Below, piece by piece: positions 1 through 5,862 of a stretch of 6,260 nucleotides of DNA; position 1 is the first letter of the stretch; the number at the start of each line of letters is the position of its first letter. Both the position numbers and the translations under genes were made by a program. The notes under the pieces were generated by a model that did no database searches, was not told the DNA's origin, and saw only the letters and a program-made list of their open reading frames with translations. This stretch comes from a virus (Duplodnaviria; Heunggongvirae; Uroviricota; Caudoviricetes): the IMG/VR virus record IMGVR_UViG_2737471848_000012; one strand, written 5' to 3'.

Positions 1-82
1 AGTCATATTCGCCCTGACTTTCCAGAACCATACGGGCTGCCCGTTGACGGACTTCAGGGGAAAAACGAGTATTTTTAGTCAT
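1..82 (-). CDS. IS3-family transposase OrfA, N-terminal fragment (partial, 5' end only)
   Basis: Minus-strand ATG at 82..80 translates as MTKNTRFSPEVRQRAARMVLESQGEYD..., matching from memory the N-terminus of IS629/IS1203-type OrfA. RBS GAGG lies upstream (reverse complement of 91-97). The ORF is open to the window edge. Confidence 0.8.
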   Translation of the reverse strand, partial: MTKNTRFSPEVRQRAARMVLESQGEYD

Positions 83-136
83 CCTGTTTACCTCTTTCTC
101 AGGGAGTTTAGTCTCCAGGATTCCCGGGGCGGTTCA
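1..136 (-). mobile_element. Left terminal region of an IS3-family insertion sequence (IS629/IS1203-like); the element continues beyond the window start
   Basis: Reverse complement of 121-136 is TGAACCGCCCCGGGAA, the TGAACCG-type terminal inverted repeat I recall for IS3-family elements. The orfA start codon lies about 55 bp inside this end. The 3 bp at 137-139 (tcg) could be a target-site duplication, but the other end is not in the window. Confidence 0.75.
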
Positions 137-155
137 TCGCGCCCTCAACAATGAG

Positions 156-295
156 TTTTGTGATGCGGTGCCTGGTGCCTCCAGGTGACGTTAACCAGTT
201 AACAATTAACGCCGGATACAGAGAATCCACCCATAACACTGTTTTTGGTTTTAACTGTTCCGCGTGCGCTTAGCCGCATTCACCGCATCACAAAA
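156..295. repeat. 15-bp perfect inverted repeat (156-170 TTTTGTGATGCGGTG; 281-295 CACCGCATCACAAAA) bracketing a 110-bp segment
   Basis: Direct read: the two 15-mers are exact reverse complements. The bracketed segment contains the palindrome CCTGG-N5-CCAGG (171-185) and two GTTAAC sites (190-195, 198-203). Confidence 0.6.
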
Positions 296-303
296 TTCAC
301 TTT

Positions 304-361
304 AAAAAGGGCGGCAGAGCAGTCACGGAGTAAAACTGATACCGCCAAACGTCACCAGAAA
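304..361 (-). ncRNA. dicF: DicF small regulatory RNA (Hfq-dependent, inhibits ftsZ translation), with its intrinsic terminator
   Basis: Reverse complement of 309-361 reads TTTCTGGTGACGTTTGGCGGTATCAGTTTTACTCCGTGACTGCTCTGCCGCCC, followed by TTTTT (reverse complement of 304-308). This matches my recollection of the 53-nt E. coli DicF sequence and its GC-stem plus U-tract terminator. It lies downstream of the three small genes, as in the Qin ydfABC-dicF-dicB operon. Confidence 0.75.
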
Positions 362-702
362 ATTGATAACAGAGGGCGTTGCAGCGGGGTTGTCACTTAA
401 GCGTATGGTCAACCTGACAACCCGGTGTCCTCAACGGGGGAAGGAATAACCCCGCCATACTTACCGCCGCGCCATTTCGCGGATTGCCACAACCGGAAGC
501 GCACGGTCGACGAAAATTTAACGACAGGCTATCTATGAACCAGCTACCTCGCCGTGCGCTTTCGCGTTATGGTCTGACTTTTCAGGGAAATATCCTTTCA
601 GTAAACTGTCAGTGCCGGATGCTCACCCGTGTCCGGCGCACGCACTCCACCTCACCCGTGGAGAACTCCTTAATTACCAACCTTAGCTTCGTTGGTTAGC
701 TA

Positions 703-921
703 TTAACGCGGGTATGTAATCATTCTGGCAATGCTTAATGCCGCTGCTTTTTCCAGCCTGGTGATATCCTGCTCCAGAGCGGACAGATTTTCAGCCTGCT
801 TAGCCCTGGCTTCATTGGCCCATTTCAGATCCTGCGCTGCATTAATTTTCTGGTGCATCCACTCATAAAGTTCATCATCGGTATAGTCTGGCGCGATGAT
901 GACGGGTTCTCGTTTCTGCAT
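703..921 (-). CDS. ydfC: 72-aa small prophage protein, YdfC-like (Qin dicB-operon family); function unknown
   Basis: ORF with ATG at 921 and RBS GAGGAA 6 nt upstream (reverse complement of 928-933). The predicted C-terminal half is helical and charged. Size and position (third gene before dicF) match Qin ydfC. Symbol is from recollection, not alignment. Confidence 0.55.
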   Translation of the reverse strand: MQKREPVIIAPDYTDDELYEWMHQKINAAQDLKWANEARAKQAENLSALEQDITRLEKAAALSIARMITYPR

Positions 922-950
922 ACTGATTCCTCGCGGTGCTGTTTCGCTTA

Positions 951-1079
951 TCAGCCGTTAGATTTTGCCGAGCTGGAAAGCGCCTGTTTAAATTCGCTGA
1001 AGCTGAGAGCTTCTTCGCCTTCGGCAAGGCCTTCGAAGTATTCTTCGTAAGCCTTTTCCATGATTGTGTCGAAATCCAT
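951..1079 (-). CDS. ydfB: 42-aa acidic small protein, YdfB/YdaG-like; not in the supplied ORF track (below its length cutoff)
   Basis: Hand translation of the minus strand from ATG 1079..1077: MDFDTIMEKAYEEYFEGLAEGEEALSFSEFKQALSSSAKSNG, stop at 953..951. The start lies 1 nt after the upstream gene's TGA (TGA-T-ATG) with RBS GGTGGG just upstream, suggesting translational coupling. Confidence 0.5.
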   Translation of the reverse strand: MDFDTIMEKAYEEYFEGLAEGEEALSFSEFKQALSSSAKSNG

Positions 1080-1080
1080 A

Positions 1081-1236
1081 TCACCCACCTGAATTTCTTT
1101 CCAGCCAGCGACGCGCTCCAGATTCGGTTTTAAACGTTTTGCTTTTGGTATACGTCATCGCGGTGAACGTACCGTCCTGGTTGGGGAACACGCCACATAC
1201 CAGAGATTCGCTGTTGCCAAGATCGATAGTATCCAT
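1081..1236 (-). CDS. ydfA: 51-aa small prophage protein, YdfA/YdaF-like; an alternative upstream start at 1317 would give 78 aa
   Basis: Internal ATG at 1236 with RBS GAGG 5 nt upstream gives MDTIDLGNSESLVCGVFPNQDGTFTAMTYTKSKTFKTESGARRWLERNSGG (51 aa), the size I recall for YdfA/YdaF. The ORF-track start at 1317 also has a GAGG RBS, so the start is ambiguous. Confidence 0.5.
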   Translation of the reverse strand: MDTIDLGNSESLVCGVFPNQDGTFTAMTYTKSKTFKTESGARRWLERNSGG

Positions 1237-1417
1237 GCTGACCTCATTTCCCCTTAACGCCGGGGTAGCGGAACAAAAACCTGCTGCATAGTTATTAAAG
1301 TTGAACCCTGCCGTCATGTTCTTACGCCTCGGGCTGGCTACTTAACCCCTGACCACTGCCTGGTAACTCGAGGTATTGCCCTGTATTGTGTGGGACGGGA
1401 TGGGTTGGTATGGGAAA

Positions 1418-1446
1418 ACTATAGGAAATGCCTAATTACTTGTCAA
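1418..1446 (-). promoter_or_regulatory. Leftward sigma70 promoter (PL-like) for the small-gene/dicF operon
   Basis: On the minus strand: -35 TTGACA (reverse complement of 1441-1446), 17-bp spacer, -10 TATAGT (reverse complement of 1418-1423). The -35 sits inside the 21-bp inverted repeat shared with the rightward promoter. Confidence 0.55.
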
Positions 1447-1459
1447 TAGGCTATGCCTA
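1447..1459. promoter_or_regulatory. Palindromic operator-like site TAGGC-N3-GCCTA (left copy), candidate RacR binding site
   Basis: TAGGCTATGCCTA is palindromic except at its centre and abuts the -35 of the leftward promoter. Extra GCCTAA half-sites lie at 1430-1435 (in the spacer) and 1475-1480. Confidence 0.5.
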
Positions 1460-1554
1460 ATAATTTGGGCGCGACCTAATAGGTGATGGTTTGTGGGAGA
1501 GGTAGTAGGAGTTAACTAACGGGAACTAGGAATTTCCCGTCGGACCATATAAGT

Positions 1555-2031
1555 TTAAGTTCCTGTCTTGGTGATGTTCTGGCTTTTCCGTTTTGATTCT
1601 TGATTTTTCAGATAGTTAGCTACCTTCATTTCCATTGCGGCAATGTAGGCGCGAACGTCATGATCAACCCAACTAGGCTCCGTAGCATTTCCAGATAAGA
1701 GGAAAGCCACAATTGCTCTTTTTTCATCAGAGGCGGCTTGATAAAGGCTGTTTATGTCTAAAAGTTCACTTTTTGTATCTGAAGTGGATGGGGTTGGTAT
1801 GGGGTATTCGTTAAGCCCCCAATGCTCTGGACCAACCACATCAGAAAAGAAACGCCATAGTTCTGGAAGTTTGTCTTTACTTATCGAACCTTTCTTAATC
1901 CAGTCATGGATTGATGGTGGTTGGACTTTGAAATGACGTGCGATTTCCGCCTTTGATTTGACGGCTCCTGATGCAATTTTTTTGTTAATGGCCTGCTCTA
2001 TCGCTCGGCCTAAGTCTTTACCACTAAGCAT
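1555..2031 (-). CDS. racR: RacR-like prophage repressor (158 aa, N-terminal HTH)
   Basis: The 158-aa ORF (MLSGKDLGRAIEQAINKK...) has an N-terminal HTH-like segment (SKAEIARHFKVQPPSIHDWIKKGSI). It is divergent from the Cro-like ydaS and sits between two operator-bearing promoters. Length and sequence match my recollection of K-12 RacR. RBS AGGAGA is the reverse complement of 2042-2047. Confidence 0.7.
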   Translation of the reverse strand: MLSGKDLGRAIEQAINKKIASGAVKSKAEIARHFKVQPPSIHDWIKKGSISKDKLPELWRFFSDVVGPEHWGLNEYPIPTPSTSDTKSELLDINSLYQAASDEKRAIVAFLLSGNATEPSWVDHDVRAYIAAMEMKVANYLKNQESKRKSQNITKTGT

Positions 2032-2085
2032 TGCTTAATAGTCTCCTATGCGCATCGCGTTAGGCAATCCCTACTCTCGATGTGT

Positions 2086-2124
2086 TAGGCATAGCCTATT
2101 GACAATTGTATTAGGCTAAGCCTA
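2086..2124. promoter_or_regulatory. Two palindromic operator-like sites (2086-2098 TAGGCATAGCCTA; 2112-2124 TAGGCTAAGCCTA) in the racR-ydaS intergenic region
   Basis: Same TAGGC-N3-GCCTA architecture as the left site. The first abuts the rightward -35 and the second overlaps the spacer and -10. 2085-2105 is the exact reverse complement of 1440-1460 (21 bp). One more half-site TTAGGC lies at 2060-2065. Confidence 0.55.
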
Positions 2125-2128
2125 ATAT
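2099..2128 (+). promoter_or_regulatory. Rightward sigma70 promoter (PR-like) for ydaS-ydaT and the replication genes
   Basis: -35 TTGACA (2099-2104), 18-bp spacer, -10 TAATAT (2123-2128). The predicted transcription start is about 20 nt upstream of the ydaS ATG. Confidence 0.55.
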
Positions 2129-2155
2129 TGTTGCGTGTTTTTTGGAGTTCATTCG

Positions 2156-2479
2156 ATGAAAAAAGATAACTATTCATTCAAACGAGCTTGTGCTGTTGTC
2201 GGTGGGCAATCAGCAATGGCTAGGCTTTTAGGTGTATCTCCTCCAAGCGTAAATCAATGGATCAAAGGTGTACGTCAGTTGCCTGCTGAGAGATGTCCTG
2301 CGATTGAACGAGCAACAAAAGGTGGTGTCCTGTGTGAAGAACTTCGTCCTGATGTTGATTGGACATACTTACGACGCTCGTCATGTTATTCGCAGAATAT
2401 GTCGATGAAGCAACCAAATGACGAAAACGATCATACCCGAAGCATCAAGAGGCAAATGATTCATGAAAATCAAACATGA
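2156..2479 (+). CDS. ydaS: YdaS-like Cro/CI-type HTH protein (107 aa); first gene of the rightward operon
   Basis: ATG at 2156 with GGAG at 2144-2147. The ORF-track start at 2135 is a GTG with no RBS. The motif QSAMARLLGVSPPSVNQWIKGVRQLPAERCPAIERAT is typical of the YdaS/Cro-like family, and the gene is divergent from racR as in Rac. Confidence 0.65.
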   Translation: MKKDNYSFKRACAVVGGQSAMARLLGVSPPSVNQWIKGVRQLPAERCPAIERATKGGVLCEELRPDVDWTYLRRSSCYSQNMSMKQPNDENDHTRSIKRQMIHENQT

Positions 2480-2888
2480 GCACATCCGCATGGCGATGAA
2501 TGCCTGGGCATACCCTGATGGTGAGAAAGTTCCTGCAGCTGAAATAGCCCGGACTTATTTCGAACTGGGGATGACGTTCCCTGAACTGTACGACGACAGC
2601 CATCCGGAAGCCCTGGCCCGTAATACACAGAAAATTTTCCGTTGGCTGGATAAAGACACCCCTGATGCTGTTGAAAAAATTCAGGCTCTGTTACCGGCGA
2701 TCGAAAAGGCAATGCCGCCTCTGCTGGTGGCCCGTATGCGCAGCCACAGTTCTGAATATTACCGTGAGATCGTCGAACGGAGGGATCGGCTGGTGAAGGA
2801 TGTCGATGATTTTGTTGCGTCAGCGGTTGTTTTGTATGACCAGATGAATCGCGGCGGCCCGGCAGGGAATGCTGTGGTGATGCACTAA
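2463..2888 (+). CDS. ydaT: YdaT-like protein (141 aa); toxic when derepressed in K-12 Rac, sometimes viewed as a cII analogue
   Basis: ATG at 2463 with RBS AGAGG upstream, overlapping the ydaS 3' end by 17 nt in a different frame. Size (141 aa) and position match K-12 ydaT (about 140 aa). Confidence 0.6.
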   Translation: MKIKHEHIRMAMNAWAYPDGEKVPAAEIARTYFELGMTFPELYDDSHPEALARNTQKIFRWLDKDTPDAVEKIQALLPAIEKAMPPLLVARMRSHSSEYYREIVERRDRLVKDVDDFVASAVVLYDQMNRGGPAGNAVVMH

Positions 2889-2910
2889 AAGCACGGTGTT
2901 CGGGGGTTTT

Positions 2911-3873
2911 ATGAGCAGCAAGCTTCATGGTCTTGTCTGGGAAGGGTGCGCCTTCACCGGCATGATCTTATCCAGGGTGGCGGTTATGGCCCGTCTTGCA
3001 GACTACAGCAATGACGAGGGCGTGTCATGGCCTGCCATTGAAACTATCCGGCGTCAGATCGGTGCAAGAAGTGAATCCACAGTGAAATCGGCTATTGCAG
3101 AACTGGCGAAAGAGGGCTGGCTGACGAAGGAAGAGCGTAAGGTCGGTGGGCGTAATGTAAGCAATATCTATCGGCTTAATGTGGAAAAACTCGAAGCAGC
3201 TGCTGCGGCGGCGCGTGAGTCATATAAACCGAAAAGAAAAATTAGCCCGGCAAAAAATGACCCGTTAACAGTTGACCCGTCAAATATTGCCCCCTCAACG
3301 GTTGACCCGTCAAATTTTGATGGATCAACTGTTGATAACAAACTGCCGATTAGGGGGGCGATGATTGACCCCGATCCGTCAGTATTAAAACCTGATCCGT
3401 CAGATAAAAGATCTTCTTGTCCGGACGCTTCGCAACCGGACCCGCAGACGGCTGAACAGAATTTTTTAACCCGACACCCTGACGCGGTTGTGTTCAGTGC
3501 GAAAAAACGCCAGTGGGGAAGTCAGGAAGATTTGGTGTGCGCACAGTGGATCTGGGGACGAATCGTGAGTCTTTACGAGCAGGCGGCCAGCGATGATGGC
3601 GAGATCACGAGACCGAAAGAACCCAACTGGACTGCATGGGCCAATGACGTGCGGACAATGCGGATGCTGGATGGCAGAACTCACAGACAAATTTGTGAAA
3701 TGTTTGGGCGTCTCCAGCGGGATTCGTTCTGGGTAAAAAACATCATGAGTCCGGCAAAACTCCGGGAAAAATGGGATGAACTGGTTATCCGCCTGGGGCG
3801 TTCGCCCGCGCAGCGTTGCGTGAATCACATTTCTGAACCGGACACTGAAATACCGCCGGGATTCAGGGGGTGA
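2911..3873 (+). CDS. ydaU: Replication initiator, YdaU-like (lambda O analogue): N-terminal winged-helix DNA-binding domain, repeat-rich linker encoded by the iterons, C-terminal domain
   Basis: ATG at 2911 with GGGGG 4 nt upstream. The ORF-track start at 2896 is a GTG. The N-terminus (ILSRVAVMARLADYSNDEGVSWPAIETIRRQIGARSESTVKSAIAELAKEGWL) resembles phage replication-initiator winged-helix domains. The linker has repeats TVDPSN x2 and DPS-rich segments. It sits directly upstream of the DnaC-like gene. Confidence 0.55.
   Translation: MSSKLHGLVWEGCAFTGMILSRVAVMARLADYSNDEGVSWPAIETIRRQIGARSESTVKSAIAELAKEGWLTKEERKVGGRNVSNIYRLNVEKLEAAAAAARESYKPKRKISPAKNDPLTVDPSNIAPSTVDPSNFDGSTVDNKLPIRGAMIDPDPSVLKPDPSDKRSSCPDASQPDPQTAEQNFLTRHPDAVVFSAKKRQWGSQEDLVCAQWIWGRIVSLYEQAASDDGEITRPKEPNWTAWANDVRTMRMLDGRTHRQICEMFGRLQRDSFWVKNIMSPAKLREKWDELVIRLGRSPAQRCVNHISEPDTEIPPGFRG
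3258..3413. repeat. Iteron array and GATC cluster inside ydaU-like gene: candidate prophage replication origin
   Basis: Perfect 15-mer GTTGACCCGTCAAAT at 3271-3285 and 3301-3315 (30-bp phasing), each with internal dyad TTGAC-CC-GTCAA. Partial copies at 3258-3270 and 3331-3339. A second pair, GATCCGTCAG, at 3373-3382 and 3394-3403 (21-bp phasing). Four GATC sites fall within 91 bp (3323-3413). An AT-rich tract GAATTTTTTAAC follows at 3459-3470. Confidence 0.6.
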
Positions 3874-3879
3874 CGTGTC

Positions 3880-4620
3880 ATGAAAAACATTGCGGCAGTT
3901 GGGGTTCTTGAACGTATTCGCAGACTTGCACCACAGGGGGCGGTTCCACCGTACCGGACGGTGGAGGAGTGGCGGGAATGGCAACTTGCTGAAGGACGAA
4001 AACGCAGCGAGGAGATTAACCGCCTGAATCATCAGGTGCGGGTTGAAAAAATCCTGAACCGTGCGGGCATCCAGCCGCTTCACAGGAAGTGCTCATTCGG
4101 GAACTACCGGGTGCAGAACGACGGTCAGCGCCATGCTCTGAGCCAGGCGAAATCCATTGCCGATGAATTGATGACCGGATGTACAAACTTCGTGTTCAGC
4201 GGTAAACCTGGTACCGGTAAAAATCACCTGGCAGCAGCGATTGGCAATCGGCTGATGGCGAAGGGGAGAAGCGTGATTATCGTCACCGTGTCCGATGTCA
4301 TGAGCGTGTTGCATGACGGCTACGACAACGGCCAGTCCGGGGAAAAATTTTTACAGGAGCTTTGTGGAGTTGACCTTCTGGTCCTTGATGAAATTGGCAT
4401 GCAGCGGGATACGCGCAACGAGCAGGTCACGCTGAACCAGATAGTCGACCGCAGAACGGCTTCGATGCGTAGTGTCGGAATGCTGACGAACCTGAATCAC
4501 GCAGCGATGAGCACACTCCTCGGAGATCGGGTGATGGACCGTATGACCATGAATGGTGGTCGTTGGGTGAATTTTAACTGGGAGAGCTGGCGGTCAAACG
4601 TTGGACGTCAGGGTATGTGA
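3880..4620 (+). CDS. ydaV: DnaC-like AAA+ helicase loader (YdaV-like, 246 aa)
   Basis: Walker A FVFSGKPGTGKNHLAAAIG and Walker B LLVLDEIG, with overall resemblance to E. coli DnaC. Length equals K-12 YdaV (246 aa). RBS GGGGGTGA upstream; the start follows the ydaU stop by 6 nt. Confidence 0.7.
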   Translation: MKNIAAVGVLERIRRLAPQGAVPPYRTVEEWREWQLAEGRKRSEEINRLNHQVRVEKILNRAGIQPLHRKCSFGNYRVQNDGQRHALSQAKSIADELMTGCTNFVFSGKPGTGKNHLAAAIGNRLMAKGRSVIIVTVSDVMSVLHDGYDNGQSGEKFLQELCGVDLLVLDEIGMQRDTRNEQVTLNQIVDRRTASMRSVGMLTNLNHAAMSTLLGDRVMDRMTMNGGRWVNFNWESWRSNVGRQGM

Positions 4621-4645
4621 GAATTTTTGACGAGGTAAATTTTCG

Positions 4646-5395
4646 ATGGAAACTGTATTGCATGCACTGAAAGCGATGGGAAAAGCCAATTCTGTTGAAC
4701 TGGCGGCGCGGCTTGATATCAGCCGTGAAGAAGTTCTTAACGAACTGTGGGAACTCAAAAAAAATGGCGTTGTTGATAAAACGGGTCACACCTGGTTTCT
4801 GGCTGTCGAAGGTGAAGCCGGGGTAACCGAAGGGCAGGCACTACAACCTGAAGCGCCGGATGTGGTAACCGAAGAGGTCGCTCCAAAAGTTACCGCAGAC
4901 ATGATGGTTGAGTTTATCGGTCAGGATGGTGCTAAAACGTGTGAGGAACTGGCGGGTAAGTTCGGCGTCAGTACTCGCAAGGTTGCTTCCACGCTGGCGG
5001 TGGTAACCGCAACGGGGCGGCTGGCACGCGTTAATCAGAACGGTAAATTTCGTTACTGCATGTCGGGGGGTAATTTACCAGCAGATCCGAAAGCCGCGCC
5101 GGTAACGAAAAATGATGGTAAGGCCTTTCCTCAGCCAGCAGGTGCTGCGTTACCAGTCCGGGAAGCCGCAACACAGGAAGAAATTAAAACAGAAACTGTG
5201 GCGGACATTGTGCAGCCGTTGCTATCGTTTACCGAAACGCAAGCAGATGAGCTGATTTTTCCGTCCCTGCGCAGGGCGAAAAGTGATGTTCAGAAGTGGG
5301 AGCGAGTCTGCGCCGCGCTGCGGGAGCTGAACAAGCACCGGGATATTGTTCGACAGATTACTGATTCTTCCCGCCGTGTTGTATCGGAAAAGTGA
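4646..5395 (+). CDS. 249-aa prophage protein with two predicted winged-helix-like domains joined by Pro/Ala/Glu-rich linkers (DUF1627/YdaW-like?); function unknown
   Basis: ATG at 4646 with RBS GAGGTAA. HTH-like segments SVELAARLDISREEVLNELWELKKNGVV and CEELAGKFGVSTRKVASTLAVVTATGRLARV. Family assignment is tentative and from memory. Confidence 0.5.
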   Translation: METVLHALKAMGKANSVELAARLDISREEVLNELWELKKNGVVDKTGHTWFLAVEGEAGVTEGQALQPEAPDVVTEEVAPKVTADMMVEFIGQDGAKTCEELAGKFGVSTRKVASTLAVVTATGRLARVNQNGKFRYCMSGGNLPADPKAAPVTKNDGKAFPQPAGAALPVREAATQEEIKTETVADIVQPLLSFTETQADELIFPSLRRAKSDVQKWERVCAALRELNKHRDIVRQITDSSRRVVSEK

Positions 5396-5410
5396 TAGCC
5401 GGAGGCGCTT

Positions 5411-5806
5411 ATGGCGAAACCTTTTACACACGAACAGCGTGAAGAACTGAAGGCCCGAATTATCGGGCTGGTACGCAAAAATGAACGCATGACGATATCA
5501 CAACTGGAGAGAGCGACGGGAGCAGGCTGGCATTCAGTCAGACGTTGCCTTGTGGATGTACTGGCTTGTGGCGATTTATACATGCCCGGTAAATACGGTG
5601 TTTTTACATCAGAACAGGTGTATCGCGTATGGCGTAAGGCAGCGGAGAAAGCAACCGACCAGACATTGATTCGAAAGTTACCAGACGGAGAAATACGCCG
5701 CTACGACAGACAACAGAACATAATCTGTGGCGAGTGCCGGAAGAGTGAAGTTATGCTGCGTGTACTGGCGTTCTATCAGGGCAATTTTCAGGAGGCGGTA
5801 CTGTGA
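5411..5806 (+). CDS. 131-aa hypothetical prophage protein with a possible N-terminal HTH (TISQLERATGAGWHSVRRCL) and four Cys residues
   Basis: ATG at 5411 with RBS GGAGG 6 nt upstream. Tightly packed after the preceding gene in the same operon. No recognised family. Confidence 0.5.
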   Translation: MAKPFTHEQREELKARIIGLVRKNERMTISQLERATGAGWHSVRRCLVDVLACGDLYMPGKYGVFTSEQVYRVWRKAAEKATDQTLIRKLPDGEIRRYDRQQNIICGECRKSEVMLRVLAFYQGNFQEAVL

Positions 5807-5862
5807 GTGAATTAGCTATCAGGCTTCAATTGTCGCTGGCATTCGCATCAAAGGAGAATGAG

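Noticed and set aside
151-285. 44-aa plus-strand ORF starting just outside the IS end
   Set aside because: No RBS, antisense to the dicF operon, and overlaps the inverted-repeat remnant; likely chance ORF.
137-303. Search for a dicB homologue downstream of DicF
   Set aside because: All three minus-strand frames translated by hand; the longest ATG ORF is about 25 aa with no resemblance to DicB.
484-699. 71-aa plus-strand ORF in the ydfC-dicF spacer
   Set aside because: No RBS, Arg-rich, antisense to the operon transcript that yields DicF.
853-1291. Four overlapping ORFs (853-1050 +, 875-1084 -, 936-1133 +, 1064-1291 +)
   Set aside because: They overlap the three RBS-supported small genes in other frames or strands and have biased low-complexity translations.
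1521-1540. Hairpin CGGGAA-N8-TTCCCG downstream of the racR stop as an intrinsic terminator
   Set aside because: No clean U-tract follows on the minus strand; might be a weak terminator or attenuator but unsupported.
1754-1936. 60-aa plus-strand ORF
   Set aside because: Lies inside racR on the opposite strand; no RBS.
2135-2158. ORF-track start at 2135 for the ydaS-like gene (and likewise 2896 for the ydaU-like gene)
   Set aside because: Both are GTG codons without a Shine-Dalgarno; ATGs at 2156 and 2911 have properly spaced GGAG/GGGGG RBSs.
2470-2928. 152-aa minus-strand ORF
   Set aside because: Entirely antisense to ydaT, Arg/Pro/His-rich low-complexity translation with no RBS; typical shadow ORF.
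3466-4083. 205-aa minus-strand ORF
   Set aside because: Antisense to the ydaU/ydaV replication genes, which have clear motifs; composition (R/P/F/H-rich) looks non-coding.
4093-5583. Minus-strand ORFs 4093-4314, 4574-4789, 5222-5431 and 5290-5583
   Set aside because: All are antisense to tightly packed plus-strand genes with good RBSs; no independent support.
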